A stretch of DNA of 64,000 nucleotides from Lingula anatina (Eukaryota; Animalia; Brachiopoda). Under the pieces are notes generated by a model, which worked only from the letters and a program-made list of their open reading frames with translations, made no database searches and was not told the origin of the DNA. Made by a program: the position numbers and the translations under genes. The stretch covers positions 5,146,001-5,210,000 of the forward strand of contig CM120640.1 in the NCBI GenBank assembly GCA_051362555.1. Direction: 5' to 3'. The first letter of the stretch is position 1, and every line of letters begins with the position of its first letter. Shown here one piece after another: positions 14,601 to 27,000 of this stretch.

Positions 14601-14964
14601 TTCATCTCAGCGTAAGGACACAGGGGCCTCATTTTCTCATTAAATATCCCTCTTATATGATTGGTAGTGCCCTAGACAGCTGACATGGTAGAATATGCTG
14701 CAAAAACATGCCAGTACCAGACAGCACTGATGTATTTCTAACATGATATTGTAACACAACCAAAGAAATGTAATCTACTCAATTTTTGAAGGAAACCCAC
14801 GTATGTTGTTGGAAACAATGTATTTGGCTGAAATACCAAGGAAGATGTAATGTCAGTGCTTTGATGTTGTAGTAGATGTTATGTCATTGCTTTGATTTTG
14901 TATCATGCAACAGGAAAACTACTAAAGATATTGTGTATCTGGAAATGTAACAAAAAGAAAAATA

Positions 14965-15057
<93 letters not shown>

Positions 15058-18000
15058 GCCATTTCCAAATTAAAAATTGCAATACTCATCCATGCATATA
15101 TTCATAGAACTGCGACATTCTGTGCATTGTCAAGCACCTGTAAAAGTTAATGAATACAGTATTTTCAAAGCCATGAATGTTTTGTCCAAATGTTTTTGAG
15201 ATGACACTTCAATTTCAGCCTTTTATGTCATTTATCAACTGCAAGAAAAGGTTATCATCCATATTATCAGGACATGATACCAGAAAGTTTGTGCTGCCAG
15301 ATAGATCACTGTCACTGCAACTCCTTTTAGCTTAACCATGTTAAAAATGTCTTATTTCTTCTATGTCTCACCAAAAGTGCTATCACATGTAATCACACAA
15401 AACGCATTTACAATACAGAAACTGTAAAATGTTTCTGTGCACTGCCAAGAATTGTACAACCACATTCTAATTATGGAATTAGATATTCATTGTAATATAC
15501 TTTGAACAGATGAAATACAGACACTAGTATAACCATCTCCTTGTCCAACAAATCTTAAAGCACCCAATATAAAACTTACTGCTTGCTTCTCTCCCAGTGT
15601 CTAGAAGTATTCCACCTACTATATCTAATTAAGTGAGGAGACTTCTCCCACCTGATGTTGAATTTAATGCAAAATGCATGGAGATGTTGGCCAACTCAGA
15701 TAACTTTCTCCAATCAACAGTCCCCAGGGTAAAGTAATCAAAGCCTTTATTACAATACATGGTTCTTGGCCCTGTGGGTTTAAGTCAATAGACCCAGGAA
15801 GGCATGGTTGCTAATTAGTCTTATGATACATATGCTAGGCACTTTACTTTAAGTTGAGGCCCCATGCATGGATAACTAACAATAAACTCTTCCCTCTGAA
15901 TACCTGGTGTTTTACAGATAACATTCTTATTCAAGGAAAGGTGTGTCACAGGAAATCTAATCAATACTTTTCAGCATTTTAACAAGTTGATGGCCACAAT
16001 AAATCTTGACAGATGCAAGGTGATGGGTTTTATCAATCAGATCCTGATACACAGCACTAATAGCACTTCCTTTCCTTGCACTGTACACACATTGGGGTAA
16101 CCTTCATTTTCAGTGCATCTGTCTTCTTGTCATGAAGGAACAACTTATTTTACTAAATTGTATTGGATGAAAGATGGCATGCTGGGATGATCAAATAACT
16201 GTCATAAGCGACCTATTCAAAAAAATGTCACAACATTAAATCATTTTTTTGTGAAACAAATCAATATTGATGGAAGAAAGATGGAAATAAAGATTAACTA
16301 AGTTTTGATAACAGGTGTTCTGTTAATTCAGTAAAGAGGTTAGAGTAAATAATATCATTATGTAGCATGCTGTAGAAAGAAATAGGCTACTAATGAGACA
16401 CACACTGTCAAACAATTGATCTAATAGCAGGAGAGCTTAATTAGACATAATACCCATACATTTTCTTTTACGGCATAGTCTTTTATCAAAATGAAATAGC
16501 TGTACTGCTGTTTTGTACAAAAGTAGTTGTAATAAAAAAACTTAATCAATACATTTTAAAATCAATATAACCATAAATAAATAAGTATATAAAAAATAAA
16601 TAAATAAAAATACAAGAAATAGCCTACTAACAATACAATGATTAGTATAAAACTAATTGTAGTTCCGTATAAAAAGTCAGCGTAACTGTCAGTAGCAGCA
16701 GCTTAGTACTACTGTTTCACCCATCAAATAAAGCAGCTTTCCACCATATAACATTTACAATACTGTCTGCTGCAGATATGCCTAATCATACTTCCAACTG
16801 ACCACACATCTTTTAGATCAAAGATCAAACCAAATGTCAACTTCACCCATCTATATAGCTTCTGAATTGCTCTCACTTTGATCACTGTACTGTCTTCATA
16901 CATTACCTCTTGTTGACAGAGCTGTTCTCAGAGACATCAATGGACTGCTGGCTCAGAGCTGTCTCTGGGAACCCATTGTGGACTGGAGTGGGCGTGGGCG
17001 GACTGCAAATATCAGAAAACAACCTGTCAGGTCGTGAAAAGCTGATACATTAATTACTCAAATGGACTGCAGTGCAATCTGAGCTCCTTTCGGGGAGTTC
17101 TTCAGCTTTTATATTAATTAGCATGGAAGTTTGTGTGATGGCAGCATGCTTCTTTCTATATTTTCTCACCAAAGTGGGGTTTCTTTCTGAAAGCAACACT
17201 TCGCTATTTTCTTGAACTGTCATTGGCAATTGGATTCAGCTTCTGTACTCTCAAACTCACAAATCAGTTTATTGAAGTTGGCACAAAGCAGCAATTATAA
17301 GTGAGTTTTCAAGGATAGCTAATCAATTTTGGAATATTCAGCTTCCATGTCAGCTCTATGATGCGTGTCTATTTCCATACGTGCACTGAAACAAAACAAC
17401 CTTTCCATCATCTTCTTTCAACTGGAAGTATTTTAAGTTGTTCAAAAATAACATAAGATAATTATGAACAAAATTCACTGTTTTAAGCTGATTGAAAGGA
17501 AAAGGATAATTATACATATAAGAAGACTGCAATTATCCTATTCTCTGTATCAATTTTAGTTCATGCAGAAACATCAAAGAAATGCATACAAGTGACTTAT
17601 GAAACATTTTTTTTCTGTCTAGGCTCAATAATGAATACTAATACACAATTAACATCATTTTCATAACTAGGGGCAGAGCCATCAAGTAAAGTCAGTTAAC
17701 CAATTGGTTGGGATAAATTGCATCAAATCTAAGTCCTCGTAGACTTTTAAGTAGGCAATTAAATAACAAAGCCAATATCCACCATTAGGGAAATAAGACA
17801 GACTATGACTACGACAATTATACATCACCATTTGCCCAGCCCATACAAAACTCAATTTTGAATTGGTTAAAAATTTGATAAGGGTAAATGGGGAAGCCTT
17901 TCATATGTTTATATGACTAACTTTTCTAATAAAGATGCCATCACTTTCACTTATTACTTTTTTTATTAGAAACTAGACCAGGAAAATGTAAATAGGCAGG

Positions 18001-21000
18001 TGCTTCAAACTGTATCTTATTTTCTTGGTTCAACTATTCACTTACAATGTAAATATATTTAATCATATTGTATTTCAAAAAACTACACCACCAGGAAGTT
18101 CCTGGTGCACTTGGTAATGGGTAAGATGCATTGTATTTAGAACACCTCAAGGGATTCAGAAATATTGGATTTTTTCTTATTTGCATATTCTAAGAGATTA
18201 CTTATTGTGCAAAATATTATAAGGAGCCTTGTACTGCCCTGCTGTGACTGTGATTTAAGATCTGAAGTATTGCTGGGATTAAATGTTTCTCAAATGCATT
18301 CCATGTCACTATTTACATACCTTTATGTATACATCATTTCACATATCAGGTCATTTTACCATGCACAGTATTAAAATATACATATTGTAAGATTCACAAA
18401 TCAAATCAGCTAAGAAAGAAATGTTGGCCATTTTTGGAAAATGATGTAAAACCCACGTCAATGACACCCGTTTATCAATGAAAATTTTATCATCTGGTAA
18501 TGTCAGTTGCTTAAGTGCAAATGGAATATTACAAGAACTTTCTTGGTCAAAAACTGCTAAACTGAAAACAATCATAGCCAAATATTTCAATATTAGGTTT
18601 TGGAAACAATCTGAGGCAAGTTTAGTTAATCAACTCAATTCTTTTAAAACTGAAAAAACTACAGAAATAAACGATTGAAAACTGACTATTGTATTTCTCC
18701 ACAACATTACCCACATCCCTAATGAGATAAAGGTGGTATAGTAAAATCATCTCCGGAATCTTTCTTTACCTTTTCAGGTGTAACCGCTCTTCCAGCAGGG
18801 AAGCAAGTTTTCCCAGTAGTGATTTAATATTCAAACACGAACACATGGGTCCTGATTATTACAGCACTCTCTTAAAATATCTGTCCTCTCACCAGCACTG
18901 CCTTTCAATTCATCTCATTATTGCCGTGGAAGGAGTCTTCTGAGGTTTTTTTCCTGTTTTTGTGATTACAACAGAACCCTGGTGTCCTGCAAATTCCTGT
19001 TCCATCTTTTTGTCTTCAGAACAAGATTGATGTTTCTGATTTTTTTCACAGAACGCAGAAATTTTCACCAAATAAGAGTGAGTAAAAGAACTGGATAACA
19101 TGAGAGAAACAGAATCTACTTCCAGACAGTGGATGGGTCCGTGATCAATCACCACGCAAATTATATAACATCAGAAAAAAAATCCTACTAAGGCTTTTTT
19201 CCCCTCAAATCCATCAACAATATCCCTTTCCAAATAATTCCGAATAAAGAGCAATGGTCGTATATTTCACCTAGATGTCTTGATTTCCAGAATTAGAATT
19301 CAGCAGACAATGGCATCATCCCTTAGACCTGTAATTCTCAGTATTCTCAGATATGGATTCTGTATATGAGTCACACAGCACTGAGCCATCCACAGATTAG
19401 AATCAATGATGAACTACGGCTTTAATCATAGGACTGATAAAGAATTTCTGAAAAAGCCTTAAGGGCAATGAGCTGAACTAGGTATTACACCAATACAGAA
19501 CAGGAGAAATGCCAAACTACAGAAACTGAATTAAGTCTTGCCACTCGTCCAGATATCTTGTATTTGTACCACTATTATTGGTATTGAACTGGGCTAAATG
19601 ACAAAAGCCATATAAGCAATGTTAAGTTAGCAGCATACCCTTGCAGCCTTTTTTTTTTGTTTTAAATTAGGTAATTTGCAGCTACATCTGCGCCTCGTGC
19701 GTGGAATCTCAATAATGAAAATCAAATGACACGGCAAACCAATGTATTGACTGACAGGCAAAAATAGCTTAACTGCTAGCTCTGTCAATACATCAAACTC
19801 ATTTTGGTTCATTTTAATAACACAAAGATATAGCTGATGGCAGGTTAGAGTTTTTCCTCTTTGAAAGTTCTGACCTGTGGCGCCACTGGTCCAAATGTCA
19901 GTAAAGTTCAGTAGTTCCCCCGATGAATGATAGGAAAATCCTAGGAGAGGAAGAGGCCATAATTGCGATCCGCTTCTATTCTAAACCCATCAATAAAGCA
20001 TCATTTATTTGTGATAAACAGTCTGCATTACCTGAGACCAAATACAGAAAAAAAAAACAAGCTTGTTAAAAGCTGGACAAGTAATCTGTGGTCACATTCA
20101 GAACCAGTAGATCCGCTGACTAACTATTCCTCAGATCAACTATGGCATGCACTTGACTAAGGTTCTGATTGCTTTCCTAAGTTCCACCTACCATGAACTA
20201 TGGCTATTATCTGACACAAGTTTAGTCTTTATTTCAAATACAATGCCTGCTGAATGAGGTGCCACAGAGATAGTAGCTGTAGGAAGTTTAGCCTGGAATG
20301 ACCCAGGTCACATAATGAAAAACATTACACATTTTATCAACCAACCAAACCACCTGTTTGGTTTGGAAAAGATCCATCCTAGATCAAAAATTGAGTATTT
20401 TTTGTGTCACTATGGCAAAAAAGTTCAATATTTTCACCACCCACCCCCAACCCCCCACCACCACTTTGATATTCCTGGCTACAGGACTGTGGAATAATAA
20501 TATTAATAATATTCAAGTTGAGAATATTTTCATGATGAAGCAGACAACACACAATCCATAGATGTGATCACACTAAATGACTTCCCAAATAGATCGGCTG
20601 CCAGTCAGTGCTTGAGCACAGTCTCATTATACTGAAAGGTCAAGAGCTTTTCTCATTTCAGAACTAATGCTGAATTTCCGCTTAGAACTTGCTTTTCTAA
20701 AACCAATTACAATCTTATTGGAAAATTCTCTCTACTGTCATTAGTTATGGATCATACATTATCGCAGTGGATACAATTTTCAACTATGAAATAGAGTGAC
20801 TAGTATAAAATCATCGTTTTCTTTCCAATTCTCACATCAGCAATATGCTATCATTTATAAATAGTTCTATATCCTTTGCATAAAAAATCTCAAATCTTTC
20901 AAAGATGCTATATCAAACTGAATACAAGCACATCTGGAAAATATACATCAAAAATCAAAGCAAATAAAGCAATCATTTAGACACCAACAAAATATTTTGA

Positions 21001-24000
21001 TTATCAATAGATAGGTAGATTCAAAATCATCTTTCAAACGATAATATACAGACTTTTAAGAAATGTTAAAAATATATTAACAATAAATGTGATTAAATAA
21101 TAGCAAAAACCACTAGACTTTGGATCTAATTCTGAACAAATTTTTAACGATTCAACATTTGGTTTTAGTCCTTAGTCAAGATTAGAAATCTATTAAATTT
21201 AATCCAACCCAACAGGTATAAAATGAAATGAGAGCAACAGCAATCCTATATTCTAGGTCAGCTGAGGCCCTTGTGGTGATATAAAACTTGCCACGCCCAT
21301 GGTCCAACATTAACTCTAACTGTGGCTACTATTGATTCAGATCATGCCATATATACTTACACAATATGGGAAAGGTCTAATGTCTTCTCTGGCGTCTCAG
21401 GAAATACTGGAATCTTGTTATTTGTTGCTTTTGCAGGAACACAGCGGAATGACTTGCGAAGTGAATGACCAATTTGTTTGGCTGGTGATTTCTGGAAAAT
21501 GCAAAATAGAGTAAAATCAGATCTACAAGTCCCACAGGTCCTTTATTTAGCATTTAAAGGAAATGATTTATATTGGTGAGCCTGGATTGTGTTCATTATG
21601 TCTTCTTATGTAAATATTAGCTGTGGTCATTTCACCTTGTTTTAATGAACATAAAAATAATTCTCACATTCCTCTTTCTTCAAATACAAAGTTAAGGATC
21701 ATCACTAACTTGAAGAGCATCTGGTCTTGAATACTGAGTCTAACTTTTTACTGAATACGTTCTCATACGTAAATAATGTGCATCAACAGACCCTTTCCTT
21801 GCTCTATCATTTCTAGACTTCTGACAAGTCATCTCCAATTTATTTTTTTTTCTAATCAGTTTTTGGCAATATTCTTACTCAACCACTTGATAAATCCCTA
21901 GTGAATATCCCAGCTCCTGTGTACTTTAACAAGGAATGAAATATCTTCCAATTTTTACTCCCATATGTGGCTGTTGTAATCTAACATTCAACCCGCATAC
22001 AAATGTATACAATACTAATGACTGCTATTGATAGTTCATTTATTTGCTTGTTTAAACACAGCCTCTCAAACAGAGACAAATCGATTGGTTAGATATCTCT
22101 GCTGAGTGCAAGAAAAAAGCCATTATTTCTTTGCATATTCCTTAATGCCAAAGATCCAAATACATTAGTAGTTAAACAACACAGACCACAAATGCTGAGC
22201 ATTGATTAGTTTCAACCCCATTTCAACGCAAGGCAATCAAACAACACCGTTCAAATTATCTGTTATACAAAGAATTATTCATTTTCATCAAAATATATAA
22301 CTTGTTGATGTAAATTTACTGAGTCCATTGTACTATCAGCTAAAGCTACACCAGAAACCTGAACGTACACATATCCGTATATAGGTATCTAATTATATTA
22401 AGTTATTGCTCTCATATACCATGCTCTTTAGTATATCAATCTAGAAAAGTTCACCTCTCAAATGTAGATATAAGCAGTAGCATTTGTTAGTAATAATTAT
22501 TCAAAACAAACCCACACAAAACCATAAGAGACTGAAATAGTAGAGTCCTACTGGTACAGCACAGCAAGAAAAATGTCAAAAGGCATAGAATGTCAGTGAC
22601 AACAATATACAAGAGTGCTACAATCTCTGCTTGCGTATGGTAAATTTGATCAATGAAATGTTAGATAAGTTGACAAAATATCAATCTCATGTACGTTCCA
22701 AATGTCTTTTTTTCCTGATGATTGCATTTCACAAAATCCAAAATCCTTTTCCCAAAAGGACTTGTAATCAAATTTACATCAAAAGGTGCACGAGGATTTA
22801 CTTAAATTTACTTATTATTAAAACAATTCAATTAAAGGAGTATATTTAAAATTTGAACAATATCAATTTTGGTTTTGTTTGATAAGGAATTTATATGTCA
22901 AAGCAGATGAGAATTACTACATCAAGAAGAGACAGTACCAAGGCTCATTACAAAGAACATAGTAAGTTATAAATTAGTAGATAAGTAACAAAATTGTAAA
23001 AGCAAACATTTTATAATACCTCCGCACATCCCTATGGAATTATGAAAAACAGTGGAAAAGATTAACCTTGCTTCATTGCAAAGTAAAGCAAATATTTCCA
23101 TTCAAATATCTTAATTTGTATATTTGAAGAAAAAAAGGTCAATAACTCAAATTATCTAAATGGAAAAATAGTTATTTGTAAAATTAAACATGAATGTAAT
23201 GAAAGAAACATCTATTTACTGCACAGTTTATGTAAGAGAGTTAAAAACACCACACATGCTGTAAATCATTGTGAATATTTTTCTCCTGAAACGAAAACAT
23301 GACATTTTACAACTATTAAAAATAACTTCTCATAATATTGTCTCACGCCCTCTTTCAAGTTGAAAAATCAATATAAAAACACACATCAACTCCACTTTTA
23401 ACTCTTGAATAAATGTAAAAATCATTTTTATCAACAGATGGAAAACATTTTCAATACTTGATTACACATTGCTAGTTAACACAAGTATACAACAGGAAAG
23501 AGAATGTGAGACCACAAGGAAACAAACAACAGCCACCTGGAGCAGACAGAAAAGAAAGATAACGAAGCACAATCTACTTAAACTGATAATGTAGGCCTGG
23601 ATCAGAAAACACAGAGAACTTGAAAATCCCTGAAGGAAGCACTAAGTAATATAACCTAACCAGACAAATAGGAAATACAGATGCACAACAAATGGCATGC
23701 ACATAAAGATAAGCTGCTGGTGGTTTCATTTCATACAGTTTTGACTCAGATTCTAGAAAGTAAATATTCCTCAAGGGCATGCTTTATGACTGAATAGTGA
23801 CCTACAATCTGAAGAAGGGACTCCATGGAATATGAAGCTAATATGGAATTCATAGAACCTTGTCTAATTACTTTTACTGGTTCTACCATGGGTTATTCAA
23901 ATTCAAATCTTCTCACATTTTTTCTACACCAAGGGGTTCATGCAACCAAACCTTGCGTACTTTGTGTGCTCCAGAAGTTGCATGTGCTGCATGCACGACC

Positions 24001-27000
24001 TGCGAAGGTTGTGGTGCGTGTGCTGAATTGTATGCTCCTGCAGCATGTACGAACCACATTCTTGAGACCCTAAACAGCCAGTACTATTCAACTGCTGCCT
24101 GTCTTGATATCTCATGCAGTGATGACACTACCATGACACTTCTCACATCAGTTTTACATTCCAATTTTTGTTTCTCTTAATCCTGGTAATCTTTCCTAGA
24201 ACTCTATCCACCTTCCTTGAGATGGCAACCACAATGAAAGGACCTAACCAAAGACGGTTCAATTTTCCTCCAAATGGGACCATAAGACAGACAGAAAGCT
24301 GCCTCCTAAAACATTTCATCACATTAAACAATGTAAATTGTTGCTGGTTCATCCACATATGTGCATTACAGAGATCAATCTCTGACAAGATTATTAAGAT
24401 AATAAGCCAATTTAATTTCAGGCCCCAAGATTGAAAAGGACAGATTAAGACGTTTGGAATGTAAGAGACCTCCAAATGGCTTATAGCTCAAGCTACAGCC
24501 GATAGTGGTTATTGCCTGTTCCGATCTGATAAAACTGCCCTGAAGCCTCATGGGGTTTTCTGTCTCTTCAAACAGTAACACTGACAAGAAGTTATTGCAC
24601 CACTATGAATACTAAAAATACAGCCATCACACTAAAAGGAAAAAAGAATAAAATTATCTGAGGATACAGGGAGTTTATTATTGGCAGAACAGACAGAGAG
24701 TGGGTGAGGGTAAAGACATAAAATATTCTTTGCTACTTCAGATTATATGAACTTTCTTCATTTTATGAACTACAGTTTATGGGCACTTACTACTTCAAAC
24801 TACTAAATCATTCTCACTTTATGATATATCACCTATTTATTATCTTTATGTATAGGAAACATGGCACGGCTAGCACTAACCAGTGTTTTGCACCTTGTGT
24901 ACCACAGTCTAACAATTCAATCACTTCAAATATAGACATCTTATCTCTTCCAAGAAATTGTCAGAGAGGTGTCATCAGAAAATCACTCTAGGAACTTACT
25001 GATTTTGATGCCGTCTCAAAGGAAATTATCTTATCACCAGCTAATTTTCTAGGAAGACTTTTGAAAGTGACCTTTTGAGCTTCTGACTTTACAGGAAATA
25101 TTTTTTAGATTCAGGAAAGCAAAATGAAACAAAGAAGTAAATGTTCAAGCTAATGATGAATGGGATAACCAGACCACCATAGATACTTCAACTTTTGTAA
25201 AATATTTGTCAACTCACTTATCAACTATTTCAAAACCTTATCCTAAAACCATATAATTACACTAAAAGTACTTTTAAGTACTTAAATTTTTTTATTTCTG
25301 TAACTATAATTGATTCTTGAAACATCAGTGCCTGGAAACATCAAAACTATACCTGCTTGTCATATAATACGTAAACATTTTCAGTCAAAAAGCATGCACA
25401 CAACTAATTAGAATTAACAGCAGAACAGTTCAAATTTGAAAACTCAATCACGCATAAAGACATAAATTTCCCTTCAGAAATAATGGCAAGTACACAAGAG
25501 CATTTCTTTCTAACTACCAACTCACATAAGAAGAGTATTCTTTCATTTCATGGTCATTGTTATGGTTTCCGGATGTCCTCCCCCTCCAGAAGCAGTCTTG
25601 GCACAAATGGTAGTTATAACAGCGCTGGCACTTGTAGCGGAATCCCATGAACGAATCTCGGTTGCAGCCCTCGCACTGGATTGGGTGAAAAACTGGAAAA
25701 CAACACATCCACATGGCTATGTTGAAAAAGCACAGTTCAAAAACCAATAAAAGAAACTCCAGTTGCTGTCATTACAGCTTCAAAAGATTTTATCATTGAA
25801 CAGAAGCCAAGTGTTAGATTTATATCAGGCTGGCTTAGACTTCTGAGTGTTACAGAGCAATTATAACATGCCAGCCAAAGTTCCAATCAATCTTGGTTAC
25901 CAATTACAACATTAACATGGTGATATTGCAATTTCTGAGAATCTTAGAACATTGCATCAACTTTCATTAACTTTAAATAAAGAAATGTGTTGCTTATTCC
26001 CATCAGACAAAACCTGTATTAAATCTTTATTCCCTGTATCACTTAACCTCTTAACCTGTTTAAATTAATCTGCTACTAAATGGTACACATTACACATGGC
26101 AGTTATCAATCAAGCATCAACCAATCTCAGAACACCAATGACATGTCTTTTCTAATTTATTTTGCACTTCTATCCAATTTTTCATGCAAACTTTGCACTT
26201 TCATTTCAAAATAAGTAAAAAATATCTCTCTTATAAATACATTTATTTATTCAACAAAACAGGCAATAAACAAGATTTTCCCAGGGACAGAGCCAGAAAT
26301 ACTGACCATTCTCCACAGCAGCCATCCTGTGCAGTATGGGTAGCCACATCAAACACTGAGGACCTGGGTCTGCCATCAGAGTGTCCAGGAAGTCATTCAG
26401 GGTCACTTTGTTCTTCTGAAATAGAATAAGAAGATTTTCATTAAAGATTAAGTAGACATGATTGTCTTTGTTAAAAAATCTAACAAAAATATTTCTAATT
26501 TCTTTTGAGATTGCTTGCATTTATGTCCCGTGGTATTTTGTATGTTCTGGTATTTTGTAAGGCATCTAATAATAATAATAATGATGATGATTATGATGTC
26601 CATTTCTTGCAACAACAAGCAGTTGCATTATGCAATAAAAAGAGTATTTAGCACAGCACTTGTTAATTGGTATTAAAATCTTAGTGAAGGATCGACAAAT
26701 ATATTTATTACACGATCGTTTTTCCTTTCAGTGTTAGTCAAAAGTTGCAAAATAAAAATAGTTACACATTTAACATAAAAGGTTTCACATAAAATGGTTT
26801 GTATTTATATTTTCTCACTTCCCTGAAACCTCCCTGTAAATTCTCCCACTCACCCCATTGAAGCAAGCCCTGGCTGCTGTGTCAGTGTAGTGGAATGAGG
26901 GCCCCTCATATATAGACCCTGGCAGGGACAGAATGGCCTTCAGGTAATCTTCAAACTTGCTTTTCACCAATGATCCACTTGAGTCTGACACCTGGGTGAA

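Noticed and set aside
14892-15107. SLSLSL ORF
   Set aside because: Translation of the (CT)n microsatellite.
16191-16212. Alternative terminal dystrobrevin exon RSLMTVI* with a PDZ-like end
   Set aside because: Only a moderate acceptor and 7 codons; indistinguishable from chance without transcripts.
23860-24180. Metallothionein-like Cys-rich ORF on the + strand
   Set aside because: Cys spacing is irregular, it starts at TTG, all frames are similarly open because of composition, and it is antisense in an intron.
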